Source: a virus (Duplodnaviria > Caudoviricetes). From it: a DNA stretch of 28,772 bases. The position numbers were made by a program, and so were the translations under genes. The stretch is taken from positions 1-28,772 of the IMG/VR virus record IMGVR_UViG_3300025429_000060, one strand, 5' to 3'. Position 1 is the first letter of the stretch, and the number at the start of each line of letters is the position of its first letter. Shown here piece after piece: positions 1 to 8,374 of the stretch. The notes under the pieces are model-generated. The model saw nothing but the letters and a program-made list of their open reading frames with translations, was not told where the DNA came from and did not search any database.

Positions 1-153
1 CTTGAGGCGCTGGATGCGTTGTGCATCAATGACTACAGCGGGTATGAACTTGGAAAACGAGATGCACACCTTGTTGACAACGCCCTTACCGCAATCAAAG
101 AAGCCCTAGAAGAAGCCCTAGAGCAAAAGCAACAGGAGAAACAAAATGACTAA
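1..153 (+). CDS. Partial (5'-truncated) small phage hypothetical protein, paralogous to 146..538
   Basis: Frame 1 is open from base 1: LEALDALCINDYSGYELGKRDAHLVDNALTAIKEALEEALEQKQQEKQND* (TAA 151-153). It shares the AIKEAL motif with the next ORF and overlaps its start. Confidence 0.65.
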   Translation, partial: LEALDALCINDYSGYELGKRDAHLVDNALTAIKEALEEALEQKQQEKQND

Positions 154-538
154 AGACGAAGCCTTGCGTATGGCGCTGGAGTATTTGGAAGAAAGTAACA
201 GCTATCTTGGGTCGCTTGACTACAGTGAACCAATTGCAGCTATCAAAGAAGCATTGGCACAACCAGAGCGTGAATGGGTTGGGCCTGTGGCGTGGCGCAC
301 GTTTGATGGTGAAGGTGGCTACGACTACCGTAGTTTTGAAGATAACGAAAATCACAAAGAAGATTACATCAAACGGAATGGAGACAAGTACAAAGATTGG
401 GTTGAACCTCTCTACACCACACCACAACAACGCACATGGGTTGGGCTGACGGATGAGGATGAAATTGATTGGGATGGGGTCGATGCCATGTCTTTTGCCC
501 GAGCCATTGAAGCCAAACTCAAGGAGAAGAACACATGA
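146..538 (+). CDS. Phage hypothetical protein (modular, ends KLKEKNT)
   Basis: 130-aa ORF with SD AGGAG upstream and an ATGA overlap with the next gene. Confidence 0.85.
   Translation: MTKDEALRMALEYLEESNSYLGSLDYSEPIAAIKEALAQPEREWVGPVAWRTFDGEGGYDYRSFEDNENHKEDYIKRNGDKYKDWVEPLYTTPQQRTWVGLTDEDEIDWDGVDAMSFARAIEAKLKEKNT
514..538 (+). repeat. 25-bp direct repeat copy 1, CAAACTCAAGGAGAAGAACACATGA (SD + stop/start junction)
   Basis: Identical to 775..799. Confidence 0.95.
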
Positions 539-696
539 TTATTAACCAAGGAAAAGTTGCTGGTGGCTTGGTCGATGAAATGTTGGAGCTAATCCACAAA
601 TACGACGAGTCTTTGTACATGTCAACCGCTATTGGCTGTCTTGAACTGGTCAAACAACAACTTATCAATGAAAGTCTTGAAGATGACGAGGACTGA
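535..696 (+). CDS. Small acidic hypothetical protein (53 aa, not in ORF track)
   Basis: Manually translated: MIINQGKVAGGLVDEMLELIHKYDESLYMSTAIGCLELVKQQLINESLEDDED*. SD AAGGAG and ATGA overlap with the upstream stop. Confidence 0.75.
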   Translation: MIINQGKVAGGLVDEMLELIHKYDESLYMSTAIGCLELVKQQLINESLEDDED

Positions 697-799
697 TTTT
701 GAATTGCTTTTGATCGGTATTGGCGTGGGGGTTTTTGCCGTAGCCTGCGTCCGCATCGTTGATTACATTTTTGACAAACTCAAGGAGAAGAACACATGA
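683..799 (+). CDS. Small single-TM membrane protein (38 aa, not in ORF track)
   Basis: MTRTDFELLLIGIGVGVFAVACVRIVDYIFDKLKEKNT*. It has a hydrophobic core, fills the gap exactly and ends in the repeat. Confidence 0.65.
   Translation: MTRTDFELLLIGIGVGVFAVACVRIVDYIFDKLKEKNT
775..799 (+). repeat. 25-bp direct repeat copy 2
   Basis: Identical to 514..538. Confidence 0.95.
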
Positions 800-1014
800 G
801 TGAAGGACTCTTTGATGATGTGCCACTGATGAACCGTGAACGAGACAATTCTTGGGAGTCGTTCATAAAGCGCAAAGATGTAAAGGCCATGTTTTCAGAA
901 GAAGGCTTTGGTTTCCCACTTAACCGTGGCTACTACGACCTGTGGTGCATCTGCTGGGCGAAGGCATGGGACAAAGGATTCATGGCAGGGATTAAAAAGG
1001 AGAGAAATAAATGA
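796..1014 (+). CDS. Phage hypothetical protein (Trp-rich, 72 aa)
   Basis: SD AAGGAG and ATGA overlaps at both ends. Confidence 0.8.
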   Translation: MSEGLFDDVPLMNRERDNSWESFIKRKDVKAMFSEEGFGFPLNRGYYDLWCICWAKAWDKGFMAGIKKERNK

Positions 1015-1199
1015 TTGAAATTACATTTGCCGATATGTTTTTGTTGCTGTGGGCTATCCTAGCCACGGTGTTCTGTATTTTTTATCGTGAGCAAGAGGCA
1101 TCACACAGGCAGTTCATTGGTCTGCTAATCAAGGACAAAACTAACCGTGAACGCTTCTTTGCGGAAATGGACAAACACCTTGGGGAGGAGAGCGCTTGA
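1011..1199 (+). CDS. Small membrane protein with N-terminal TM helix
   Basis: SD AAGGAG, ATGA overlap, hydrophobic FLLLWAILATVFCIFY. Confidence 0.75.
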   Translation: MIEITFADMFLLLWAILATVFCIFYREQEASHRQFIGLLIKDKTNRERFFAEMDKHLGEESA

Positions 1200-1417
1200 A
1201 CGCCATGCAATACTTAAACAACCTGCGCCCAGCCATACCAATGTCCGTTGAAAATCCATGCACACAGATGAGCGGCGGTGAGCTACGCCGACACATCCAA
1301 CAAGGCGCGGTGTTGATTAACGGTGAGCGCATTACGCACACCGAGGAGATTGACTTTCCTGTTTTCTCCTTGGTGTTTTTCCCAAAGTCTGCAACCCGCA
1401 GAACAACTATTATTTAA
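1196..1417 (+). CDS. Stand-alone S4-like RNA-binding domain protein
   Basis: SGGELRRHIQQGAVLINGERI resembles the S4 core (S-x-x-E-A-R-R-x-I-x-Q-G-A-V-x-I-N-G). SD GAGGAG. Start is TTG 1196 or ATG 1205. Confidence 0.65.
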   Translation: MNAMQYLNNLRPAIPMSVENPCTQMSGGELRRHIQQGAVLINGERITHTEEIDFPVFSLVFFPKSATRRTTII

Positions 1418-1420
1418 CCC

Positions 1421-1606
1421 ATGAAGACAGACTTCAAAACGTGGAGCCGTGAGACGCTCGAACAGTTTGCCCGCGAAGCGGCAGACGAGATTACAGTCTT
1501 AAAAGAACTCAACACAGCACTACACAACGCTTGGAAAAAGGAAGTATCAATCAATGCGAAAATCAAATCACGCGGCAATTCGGGCACTGCTACATCAGAA
1601 CCCTGA
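1421..1606 (+). CDS. Phage hypothetical protein (short coiled coil)
   Basis: 61-aa ORF in the co-directional run, 3 nt after the previous stop. Confidence 0.6.
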   Translation: MKTDFKTWSRETLEQFAREAADEITVLKELNTALHNAWKKEVSINAKIKSRGNSGTATSEP

Positions 1607-1826
1607 CGGACTCATGGTCAGCGAGGTAGCTAAAGCATTGGGTGTGAAGAACGATTCAATAAAAGTTGCCTTGCGAGCTATGGTCGATACTTACGTAGAT
1701 CGCTGGGTTAAATTGCCTAGTGCGCCAACGGCTGCTGTATGGTGTGCCATTGAAGTTCCACCTAACTGCCCTAAACCAGATGACTCCAGAAGCAAAAGTA
1801 AAAAAGAAAATAAACGCTGCACTTGA
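1554..1826 (+). CDS. Putative winged-helix/HTH DNA-binding protein
   Basis: IRALLHQNPDGLMVSEVAKALGVKNDSIKVAL fits a wHTH pattern. SD-like AAGGA upstream. Confidence 0.65.
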   Translation: MRKSNHAAIRALLHQNPDGLMVSEVAKALGVKNDSIKVALRAMVDTYVDRWVKLPSAPTAAVWCAIEVPPNCPKPDDSRSKSKKENKRCT

Positions 1827-2211
1827 TGCGGTGGGTGCGTACCATGTGAACTATATTGGAGGGCTTGCTGGTAACAACGGCACGCCTGACATCATCGGAT
1901 GTCACCAAGGTAGATTCTTTGGGATTGAGGCCAAGGCAGGTACGAACAAGCCTACGGACTTACAGATGAAACGTCTGCAACAAATAGCTGATACAGGTGG
2001 GCTTGCATTAGTTATTAACGAAACCAATATCCTGTACCTTGTCGGGTGCATGGACAACATCACAAAAGCTGAGAGCAACTATGAGCAATTCAGAACCAAC
2101 CACAGAAACACAGATGACCAACCAGAACCCAGACTACTACGTAAACAAACAGCAGAACAAGAACAGCTCGAACTGCAAGGTTTGCAGTTGGGAACAAAGA
2201 TAATCAAATGA
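1780..2211 (+). CDS. VRR-NUC domain nuclease (Holliday junction resolvase-like)
   Basis: MTPEAKVK...GTPDII...FFGIEAK...PTDLQ PD-(D/E)XK pattern. The start is better placed at ATG 1780 than at 1720. Confidence 0.85.
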   Translation: MTPEAKVKKKINAALDAVGAYHVNYIGGLAGNNGTPDIIGCHQGRFFGIEAKAGTNKPTDLQMKRLQQIADTGGLALVINETNILYLVGCMDNITKAESNYEQFRTNHRNTDDQPEPRLLRKQTAEQEQLELQGLQLGTKIIK

Positions 2212-4046
2212 GCATACTCTGCATAGACTTTGAAACCTACTACGACCGTGAGTATGGTTTTGCAAAGATGACGACTGAAGAATACGTGCGTGACCCAAGG
2301 TGGGAGACCATCGGGTTTGCATACAACATTGACGGGGGCCCGACCACTTGGGTTCCTAAACCTGATGTTGAGCGTGTGATTAAGTCTATTGACTGGTCGG
2401 ACAAACTTGTCCTGTGCCAGAACACCGCCTTTGATGGAGCCATACTCGCATGGCGCTACGGGGTGCAACCACAAGGGTGGCTAGACATCATGGGTATGTC
2501 TCGTGCCCTATTTCCGCATGAGAAGTCGCACAGTCTCAAAGCCCAAGCCGAGCGCATGGGTGTCGGGGTCAAGGGCACTGAGGTTGAGAACGCGCTGGGC
2601 AAGCACTACAAAGACTTCTCAGCAGAGGAACTGTCACGCTATGGCGACTATTGTTGCAATGACGTAGTTCTAACGTTAGAACTTTTCAATAAGTACATGG
2701 CCCTCGGCTTTCCAAAGATTGAGCTGAAGCTGATCGACCTGACGTTACGTATGTTCATTGAGCCTGTGTTGCGCTTAGACCGTGATATGTTGGTTAAACA
2801 TTTACAAGAAGTTATAGATCGCAAAGAACAGTTGCTTGATGAGTTGGCGTACAAGTTCGGGGCTCGTGAGGATGCCAAGACCATGCTGATGTCCAATGAA
2901 AAGTTCGCCGCCGCACTGGAGTCGCTGGGCGTTGAGCCGCCCCGCAAGGTGAGCCCGACCACAGGCAAGTTAGCGTTTGCGTTTGCCAAGACCGATGAGA
3001 AGTTCAAAGAGTTACTTGAGCACCCGAACGTAGACGTGCAAGCACTGGTGTCGGCACGGTTTGGGAACAAGACGACCATTGAGGAAACTCGTACTGCTCG
3101 GTTCATTGATATGGCAGACCGTGGGTTGTTCCCTGTGCCCCTGCGGTACTACGGTGCACACTCAGGCCGCTGGTCGGGGCAAGACTCTGTGAACTTGCAG
3201 AACCTACCTAGCCGTGGGGAGAACGCAGGGAAGATCAAGAAGGCTATCTTGCCGCCCGAAGGCTATGTGATTATTGATTGCGACTCTGCACAGATTGAGG
3301 CACGTACGTTGGCGTGGCTTGCAGGTCAGCATGACCTCGTTGATGCATTTGAAAGGAAAGATGATGTCTACAAGATTATGGCGTCGGCAATTTACGGCAA
3401 GCCCGTTTCGGAGATCACCAAAGACGAACGATTCGTCGGCAAAACTACGATTCTTGGTGCAGGCTATGGCATGGGGGCGGCGAAGTTTAAAGCACAACTT
3501 AAAAATTTTGGTGTTGAAGTATCGGGCGAGGAAGCTAAGCGAATCGTTGATACTTACCGAACTACATATCCGAAAATTACTAGGCTCTGGAAAGCGGCTG
3601 AAGAAGGTCTCAAAGCGTTATCGTTTAACAACGGGGCGCAGGTGGACGCACAGGGCATAGTCAAAGTTGTGCCGAACAAAGGGTTTTCCCTACCTAACGG
3701 TTTGTTTATTCAATACCCAGACTTGCAAAAAGTTTCAGTAGAGAACAAAGACCAGTGGCGCTATATGTCCAAGGGGCGGCCTGTGTACATCTATGGTGGC
3801 AAGTGCGTGGAGAACTTCACGCAAGCTGTGGCCCGAATCATTGTGGGTGAGCAGATGCTGCGGATATCAAAAAGATATCAGGTGGTGCTGACCGTACATG
3901 ATGCTGTGGCTTGTGTTGCACCCGCCGCCGAGCGGGATGAGGCTGTGCGCTTCGTTGAGGAGTGCATGTCATGGCGACCCAAGTGGGCTAAAGATTTACC
4001 GCTATCCTGCGAATCAGGGGTTGGTTTGTCATACGGCGACTGTTAG
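2208..4046 (+). CDS. polA: DNA polymerase family A with 3'-5' exonuclease (phage type, no 5'-3' exo)
   Basis: ExoI DFET, ExoII NTAFD, ExoIII YCCND; SGRWSG..NLQNLP; motif A DSAQIEAR; motif B RFVGKTTILGAGYG; motif C VHDA. Confidence 0.95.
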   Translation: MSILCIDFETYYDREYGFAKMTTEEYVRDPRWETIGFAYNIDGGPTTWVPKPDVERVIKSIDWSDKLVLCQNTAFDGAILAWRYGVQPQGWLDIMGMSRALFPHEKSHSLKAQAERMGVGVKGTEVENALGKHYKDFSAEELSRYGDYCCNDVVLTLELFNKYMALGFPKIELKLIDLTLRMFIEPVLRLDRDMLVKHLQEVIDRKEQLLDELAYKFGAREDAKTMLMSNEKFAAALESLGVEPPRKVSPTTGKLAFAFAKTDEKFKELLEHPNVDVQALVSARFGNKTTIEETRTARFIDMADRGLFPVPLRYYGAHSGRWSGQDSVNLQNLPSRGENAGKIKKAILPPEGYVIIDCDSAQIEARTLAWLAGQHDLVDAFERKDDVYKIMASAIYGKPVSEITKDERFVGKTTILGAGYGMGAAKFKAQLKNFGVEVSGEEAKRIVDTYRTTYPKITRLWKAAEEGLKALSFNNGAQVDAQGIVKVVPNKGFSLPNGLFIQYPDLQKVSVENKDQWRYMSKGRPVYIYGGKCVENFTQAVARIIVGEQMLRISKRYQVVLTVHDAVACVAPAAERDEAVRFVEECMSWRPKWAKDLPLSCESGVGLSYGDC

Positions 4047-4049
4047 AAT
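4041..4049 (+). promoter_or_regulatory. Possible extended -10 promoter TGnTAGAAT upstream of the exonuclease gene
   Basis: TGTTAGAAT overlaps the pol stop codon. The -35 region (TTGGTT, 17 bp upstream) is weak. Confidence 0.3.
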
Positions 4050-4076
4050 AAGCGGTCAAATCAACGTGGTAAATAT

Positions 4077-4739
4077 ATGGCACTAGCTCATTCATACTCG
4101 GCAATCAAAGATTTTGAATCCTGCCCCCGTAAATACCACGTCGTCCGTATATTAAAGCAAGTCAAACAGAAAGACACAGAAGCTACCCTTTATGGGACTG
4201 CTGTGCATAAAGCATTTGAAGAGTTCATTCGTGATAAAACACCACTTCCAGAAACTTTTAAGAGTTACGAGCCATTCGTGGAACGTCTCGCCCAAATCCG
4301 TGCAGACGTACGATGCGAAGAAAAATTGGGAATACGTTCGGACTTCACCCCATGTGGATTTTTTGACAAAGACGTATGGTTCCGAGGCATACCCGACTTC
4401 CTTGCCATTGACCGCGAGAGAGGCGTTGCCCGCTTAGCCGACTACAAAACTGGTAAGACTAGCCGTTACGCAGATGTCGGGCAGTTAGAACTTATGGCGG
4501 CTATGGTTATGTCGCACCACCCAGAAATAGATATCGTTAAGGGCGCATTGCTTTTTGTGGTGGTCGGTGATGTAATTAAGGCTGAGTTCAGTCGTGAACA
4601 GTTACCTGAAATCTTTTCTAAATGGGCGGGTAGGGCTAACATGATTGAAGCCGCCGTAGACCACGGCGTATGGAACCCCAAGCAGTCAGCTCTGTGCAAG
4701 TTTTGTCCTTTAACGGATGATATGTGTGAGTACCGGTAA
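4077..4739 (+). CDS. Cas4/RecB-like PD-(D/E)XK exonuclease with probable Fe-S cysteines
   Basis: SYS..FESCPR, GTAVH, RGIPD...LADYKTGK, Q motif, C-terminal CKFC...C. Confidence 0.9.
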   Translation: MALAHSYSAIKDFESCPRKYHVVRILKQVKQKDTEATLYGTAVHKAFEEFIRDKTPLPETFKSYEPFVERLAQIRADVRCEEKLGIRSDFTPCGFFDKDVWFRGIPDFLAIDRERGVARLADYKTGKTSRYADVGQLELMAAMVMSHHPEIDIVKGALLFVVVGDVIKAEFSREQLPEIFSKWAGRANMIEAAVDHGVWNPKQSALCKFCPLTDDMCEYR

Positions 4740-4755
4740 ATGTTAGGGAAATAAC

Positions 4756-5052
4756 ATGGCAACTAAACGAAATTACGCAAGGGAAGAGAAGTACGAAGAC
4801 TCTCCCAAGCAAGTCAAGATGCGTGAAGCACGTAACAAGGCCCGTAAAGAATACGAGGCCAAGCATGGCAACCTGCCAAGCACTGAAGACGTTGACCATA
4901 TCAAACCCCTGAGCAAGAAGGGTAAGCCCTTGGCTCTGAGTAACCTGCGGGCTGTTAGCGAGTCTGCTAACCGTAGCTTTGCACGTGGCAAGAAGGGGCA
5001 GTTGGTTTCGCAAGTTAGCAAAAAAGAACGTGCACAATCACGTTCAAAGTAA
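4756..5052 (+). CDS. Small basic HNH-like endonuclease
   Basis: DVDHIKPLSKKG...SNLRAVSESANRS beta-beta-alpha-Me-like motif. Confidence 0.7.
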   Translation: MATKRNYAREEKYEDSPKQVKMREARNKARKEYEAKHGNLPSTEDVDHIKPLSKKGKPLALSNLRAVSESANRSFARGKKGQLVSQVSKKERAQSRSK

Positions 5053-5093
5053 GGTATCATTGGTTCCATCGTGGTTGCTTCGTTAGAAGCGTT

Positions 5094-5124
5094 TGGCTAG
5101 GTAGGCAACTACCTAGCTATTTTT
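5094..5124 (+). terminator. Rho-independent terminator
   Basis: Stem GCTAGGTAG / GCAA loop / CTACCTAGC followed by TATTTTT. Confidence 0.8.
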
Positions 5125-5153
5125 CTCCACTATAAGTTATACATTGTTTAATC

Positions 5154-6707
5154 ATGCAAATCATCGACAATCGCGCACTACTGTTTAACACCCGCAAGGC
5201 AGACCAAATTACTGCCTTGATTCCCAAGAGCAAAATCCTGCAACAGAATGGGGATATGTCTCAAATCCTAGTCAACTGGGACTTTGACTCAACGCAACTG
5301 CTACGCAATATAGGTATCAAGGATGTGCCCTCACCGATCACGGCGAAGTACGCTTGGCCGGGGGTATATCAGCCGTTCGATCACCAGCGCACCACTGCAG
5401 GATTCCTAACGCTACATCCACGTTGTTTCGTGTTTAACGAGGCAGGTACAGGTAAGACCAGTGCGGCGGCATGGGCGGCTGACTACCTAATGAATCAAGG
5501 GCGGGTCAAGCGGGTGCTGGTGGTGTGCCCTGTGTCGATCATGGACACAGCGTGGCGGTCAGATTTATTTAAGACGGTGATGCACCGCACAGTGGCTATC
5601 GCCCAAGGCTCTCGTGAGAAACGTGCGGCCATAATTAACGGCGGCTATGAGTTCGTCATCATTAACTTTGACGGCGTGAAGGTAGTTACCGCTGAGCTTG
5701 CGGCTGGTGGGTTTGACTTAATCATTGTGGACGAAGCCAATGCAGTCAAGAGCGTGACGACCGACCGCTGGAAAGCCCTTGCATCTTTGCTAAAACCCAC
5801 GACTCGTTTGTGGATGATGACGGGTACACCTGCATCGCAGTCTCCGCTGGATGCCTACGGCTTGGTTAAGCTTGTGAACCCCGACTCTGTGCCTAAGTTC
5901 CTTGGCTCGTTCCGTGACAAGGTTATGTTAAAGATTAACCAATACAAATGGGTTCCACGGCAGGAGTCCAAAAACATAGTGCATGAAATACTGCAACCTG
6001 CTATACGGTTTACCAAGGCTGAGTGTCTGGACTTGCCTGACCTGCTGTATTCCAACCGTGAAGTGCCTCTGACCCCGCAGCAGACGAAATACTACAACGC
6101 CCTCAAGCAGCAGATGATGACGATTGCAGCAGGAGAAGAAATCACTGCGGTCAACGCAGCCTCAATGCTTAACAAACTTTTGCAGGTTTCGCAAGGGGCA
6201 GTCTATACGGACAATAAAGAAATCGTTGAGTTTGATGTTACCAACCGATTCAATGAGCTGGTAGAGGTGATCGAGCAGACGGACAACAAAGTATTAGTGT
6301 TTATCCCATATAGGCACACCCTGCAGATGGTGGAAAATTCGCTCCTCAAACAAGGCTACACAGTGCAGACAATCCACGGCGGCGTATCGGCTACGACACG
6401 AGCAGAGATCATTAAGGAATTCCAGACCGAAGACGAGCCACGTATACTTCTGCTTGTACCGCAAGCGACTGCACACGGCATCACGTTAACCCGAGCCGAC
6501 CAAGTGGTATGGTGGGGCCCAGTTGCCTCCACAGAAATCTACCTGCAAGCCAACTCCCGAGCGCACCGAGCAGGTCAGACCAATCACGTCACAGTGACGC
6601 ACCTGCAGGGCAGTCCTGTTGAGAAGCGCATGTACGTCATGCTGCAAAACAAAATCGACCTTCATCAAGGATTAGTTGATCTTTACAAACAGGAGCTTGA
6701 TATGTGA
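5154..6707 (+). CDS. SNF2-family (SF2) helicase
   Basis: Walker A EAGTGKT, VVCP, motif II IVDEAN, motif III MTGTP, motif V HGITLT, motif VI QANSRAHRAGQ. Confidence 0.93.
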   Translation: MQIIDNRALLFNTRKADQITALIPKSKILQQNGDMSQILVNWDFDSTQLLRNIGIKDVPSPITAKYAWPGVYQPFDHQRTTAGFLTLHPRCFVFNEAGTGKTSAAAWAADYLMNQGRVKRVLVVCPVSIMDTAWRSDLFKTVMHRTVAIAQGSREKRAAIINGGYEFVIINFDGVKVVTAELAAGGFDLIIVDEANAVKSVTTDRWKALASLLKPTTRLWMMTGTPASQSPLDAYGLVKLVNPDSVPKFLGSFRDKVMLKINQYKWVPRQESKNIVHEILQPAIRFTKAECLDLPDLLYSNREVPLTPQQTKYYNALKQQMMTIAAGEEITAVNAASMLNKLLQVSQGAVYTDNKEIVEFDVTNRFNELVEVIEQTDNKVLVFIPYRHTLQMVENSLLKQGYTVQTIHGGVSATTRAEIIKEFQTEDEPRILLLVPQATAHGITLTRADQVVWWGPVASTEIYLQANSRAHRAGQTNHVTVTHLQGSPVEKRMYVMLQNKIDLHQGLVDLYKQELDM

Positions 6708-6725
6708 CCTTAAACAATGTATAAT
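6697..6725 (+). promoter_or_regulatory. Near-consensus sigma70 promoter TTGATA-N17-TATAAT
   Basis: -35 at 6697-6702, -10 at 6720-6725, 17-bp spacer, 35 nt upstream of ATG 6760. Confidence 0.7.
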
Positions 6726-6759
6726 TTAATCTCGTTCAACGCAAATCAAAGGAATCAAT

Positions 6760-7149
6760 ATGAGTGATGTAAGCAAATTGGTGCGGGTATACATCAAGAT
6801 ACGTGACGCCAAGGAAATTAAAAAGAAGCAGATGGAAGAAGAACTAGCTGCTCTCGACCACCAACTAGAAGCCATTGAGCAGGAACTGCTTGAGGTATGC
6901 AAATCTACAGGCCAAGACGGTGGCAAGACCCCGTTTGGTTCATTCACTAGGGGTGTCAAAACCCGATACTGGACTAGCGACTGGGACAGTATGTACAAGT
7001 TCATCCGTGAGCACGATGTGCCAGACCTTTTGGAAAGACGAATTGCCCAGACTAATTTCAAGCAGTTTGTCACCGAAAATCCGGGGCTCATGCCTGCAGG
7101 TGTTAACGTTGAGTCCAAGTACTCAATCACTGTTCGTCGTTCTAAATAA
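6760..7149 (+). CDS. Phage hypothetical protein of the replication module (N-terminal coiled coil)
   Basis: 129 aa, SD AAGGA, located between the helicase and SSB-like genes. Confidence 0.85.
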   Translation: MSDVSKLVRVYIKIRDAKEIKKKQMEEELAALDHQLEAIEQELLEVCKSTGQDGGKTPFGSFTRGVKTRYWTSDWDSMYKFIREHDVPDLLERRIAQTNFKQFVTENPGLMPAGVNVESKYSITVRRSK

Positions 7150-7163
7150 CTTAAGGAAATCAA

Positions 7164-8072
7164 ATGAGTAACCTAACCCTTTTCAAATCCGGCTCCGTCA
7201 TTCCCGACTACCTGCGTGAAGCAAATGACTCCACCACCAGCGACATTGCTGGTAACTCCGGTGGTAAACAAATCTCAATCAAGGGCGGCGTATGGCGCAT
7301 GATTGTTGGCGGCGAAGAAGTCTCCAAGAATGAAGACCGTGCCATGAACTTCGTCATCATTGCATCAGGCAAGGGCGTGACCCGCACGTTCTACGCAGAG
7401 AAGTATGAAGAAGGCAAGGACATCAAACCAGCTTGCTGGTCTGCCGAAGGTGAGAAGCCCAACGAAGAAGTGCCGAACCCCCAGCACCCCACCTGCATGG
7501 GTTGCCCACAAAACATTGAAGGCTCCGGCGAAGGTAAGTCCCGCGCTTGCCGCTTCAGCAAACGTTTGGCTGTGACTTTGGAAAACGATATCAGCGGCAA
7601 CGTGTACCGTATGTCTGTGCCTAGCAAGTCTTACTTTGGTAAGGCTGAGGGTGAGAAGATGGGTCTGCAAGCCTTTGGTAAGTTCCTCAAGGGTCATGGT
7701 CTGCCGATCACTGGCATCGTTACCGAAGCCCGCTTTGATACCAGCGAAGCTGTGCCTGTTCTGAAGTTCCGTGCTGTGCGCCCCCTGACTCGTGAAGAAT
7801 GGAACACCGCTAAGGTTCAGAGCGAAAGCGAAGACGCCAAGCAAGCCATTGAGTTCAAGATGGTTCCTAGCAAGAGCGAAACTGCCCCTGCCCTGCCTGC
7901 GGCTTTCAAGAACGCACCTGCTATCAAGCATGAGGAAGCTGAAGAAGTTGAGGACGCACCCGTCAAAGAACCCGTGAAACGTACCGTGAAACAAAAGGCT
8001 GAACCTAAGCCTGAGGTAGCTAAGAACGTCTCAGACATCCTGAACGACTGGGCAACAGACGACGATGAATAA
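7164..8072 (+). CDS. Putative single-stranded DNA-binding protein
   Basis: SD TAAGGA, Cys motif (CWS...CMGCPQN...ACR), low-complexity linker, acidic aromatic tail DWATDDDE, replication context. Confidence 0.65.
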   Translation: MSNLTLFKSGSVIPDYLREANDSTTSDIAGNSGGKQISIKGGVWRMIVGGEEVSKNEDRAMNFVIIASGKGVTRTFYAEKYEEGKDIKPACWSAEGEKPNEEVPNPQHPTCMGCPQNIEGSGEGKSRACRFSKRLAVTLENDISGNVYRMSVPSKSYFGKAEGEKMGLQAFGKFLKGHGLPITGIVTEARFDTSEAVPVLKFRAVRPLTREEWNTAKVQSESEDAKQAIEFKMVPSKSETAPALPAAFKNAPAIKHEEAEEVEDAPVKEPVKRTVKQKAEPKPEVAKNVSDILNDWATDDDE

Positions 8073-8310
8073 ACCGGTAAGGGGGTACGACTCCCTTTTC
8101 ATCCAGCGAGTGAAGTCAGCCGACTTGGACAAGGAAGTCAAGGCGCTAGCCTTGGCATGTATAAAACATGCAGTATCCATTAGTCAAGCGGCAGACTTGC
8201 TCAAAGTTACACGGGCGACTGTGTACAACTGGATGACAGGGCGAACAAAACCGTACCCCAAATATCTGGCAGTGATGCCTGAAGTTACAGCGCAAATTAA
8301 ACAGCAGTAA
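8065..8310 (+). CDS. Cro/CI-like HTH DNA-binding protein
   Basis: SISQAADLLKVTRATVYNWMTGRTKP is a classic HTH. Confidence 0.85.
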   Translation: MNKPVRGYDSLFIQRVKSADLDKEVKALALACIKHAVSISQAADLLKVTRATVYNWMTGRTKPYPKYLAVMPEVTAQIKQQ

Positions 8311-8321
8311 CCAAATCCGGT

Positions 8322-8350
8322 GGGCGGCAGGGAGACTTGCCGCCCTTTTT
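8322..8350 (+). terminator. Rho-independent terminator
   Basis: GGGCGGCAGG-GAGA-CTTGCCGCCC followed by TTTTT. Confidence 0.85.
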
Positions 8351-8374
8351 CCCTCTTAGCTATGCCGAGGCTAT

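Noticed and set aside
514-799. 25-bp repeats as CRISPR repeats or att sites
   Set aside because: There are only two copies, 261 bp apart. They are coding, contain SD/start signals and have no adjacent integrase.
1720-1779. N-terminal extension of the VRR-NUC ORF as given in the ORF track
   Set aside because: It overlaps the upstream gene deeply, and the family pattern begins at MTPE (ATG 1780).
4077-4739. Cas4-like gene as evidence of a CRISPR-Cas system
   Set aside because: There is no repeat-spacer array and no other cas gene. Solo Cas4-like exonucleases are normal in phage replication modules.
4756-5052. HNH gene as part of an intron or mobile homing element
   Set aside because: The flanking genes are intact, no split gene or intron structure is visible, and the ORF has its own start context.
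7365-7994. Long antisense ORFs (this one, 2648..3106, 9985..10539, 21694..22272, 27158..27652, 27718..28212)
   Set aside because: They lie opposite well-supported genes, are explained by codon bias and show no recognisable motifs or translation signals.
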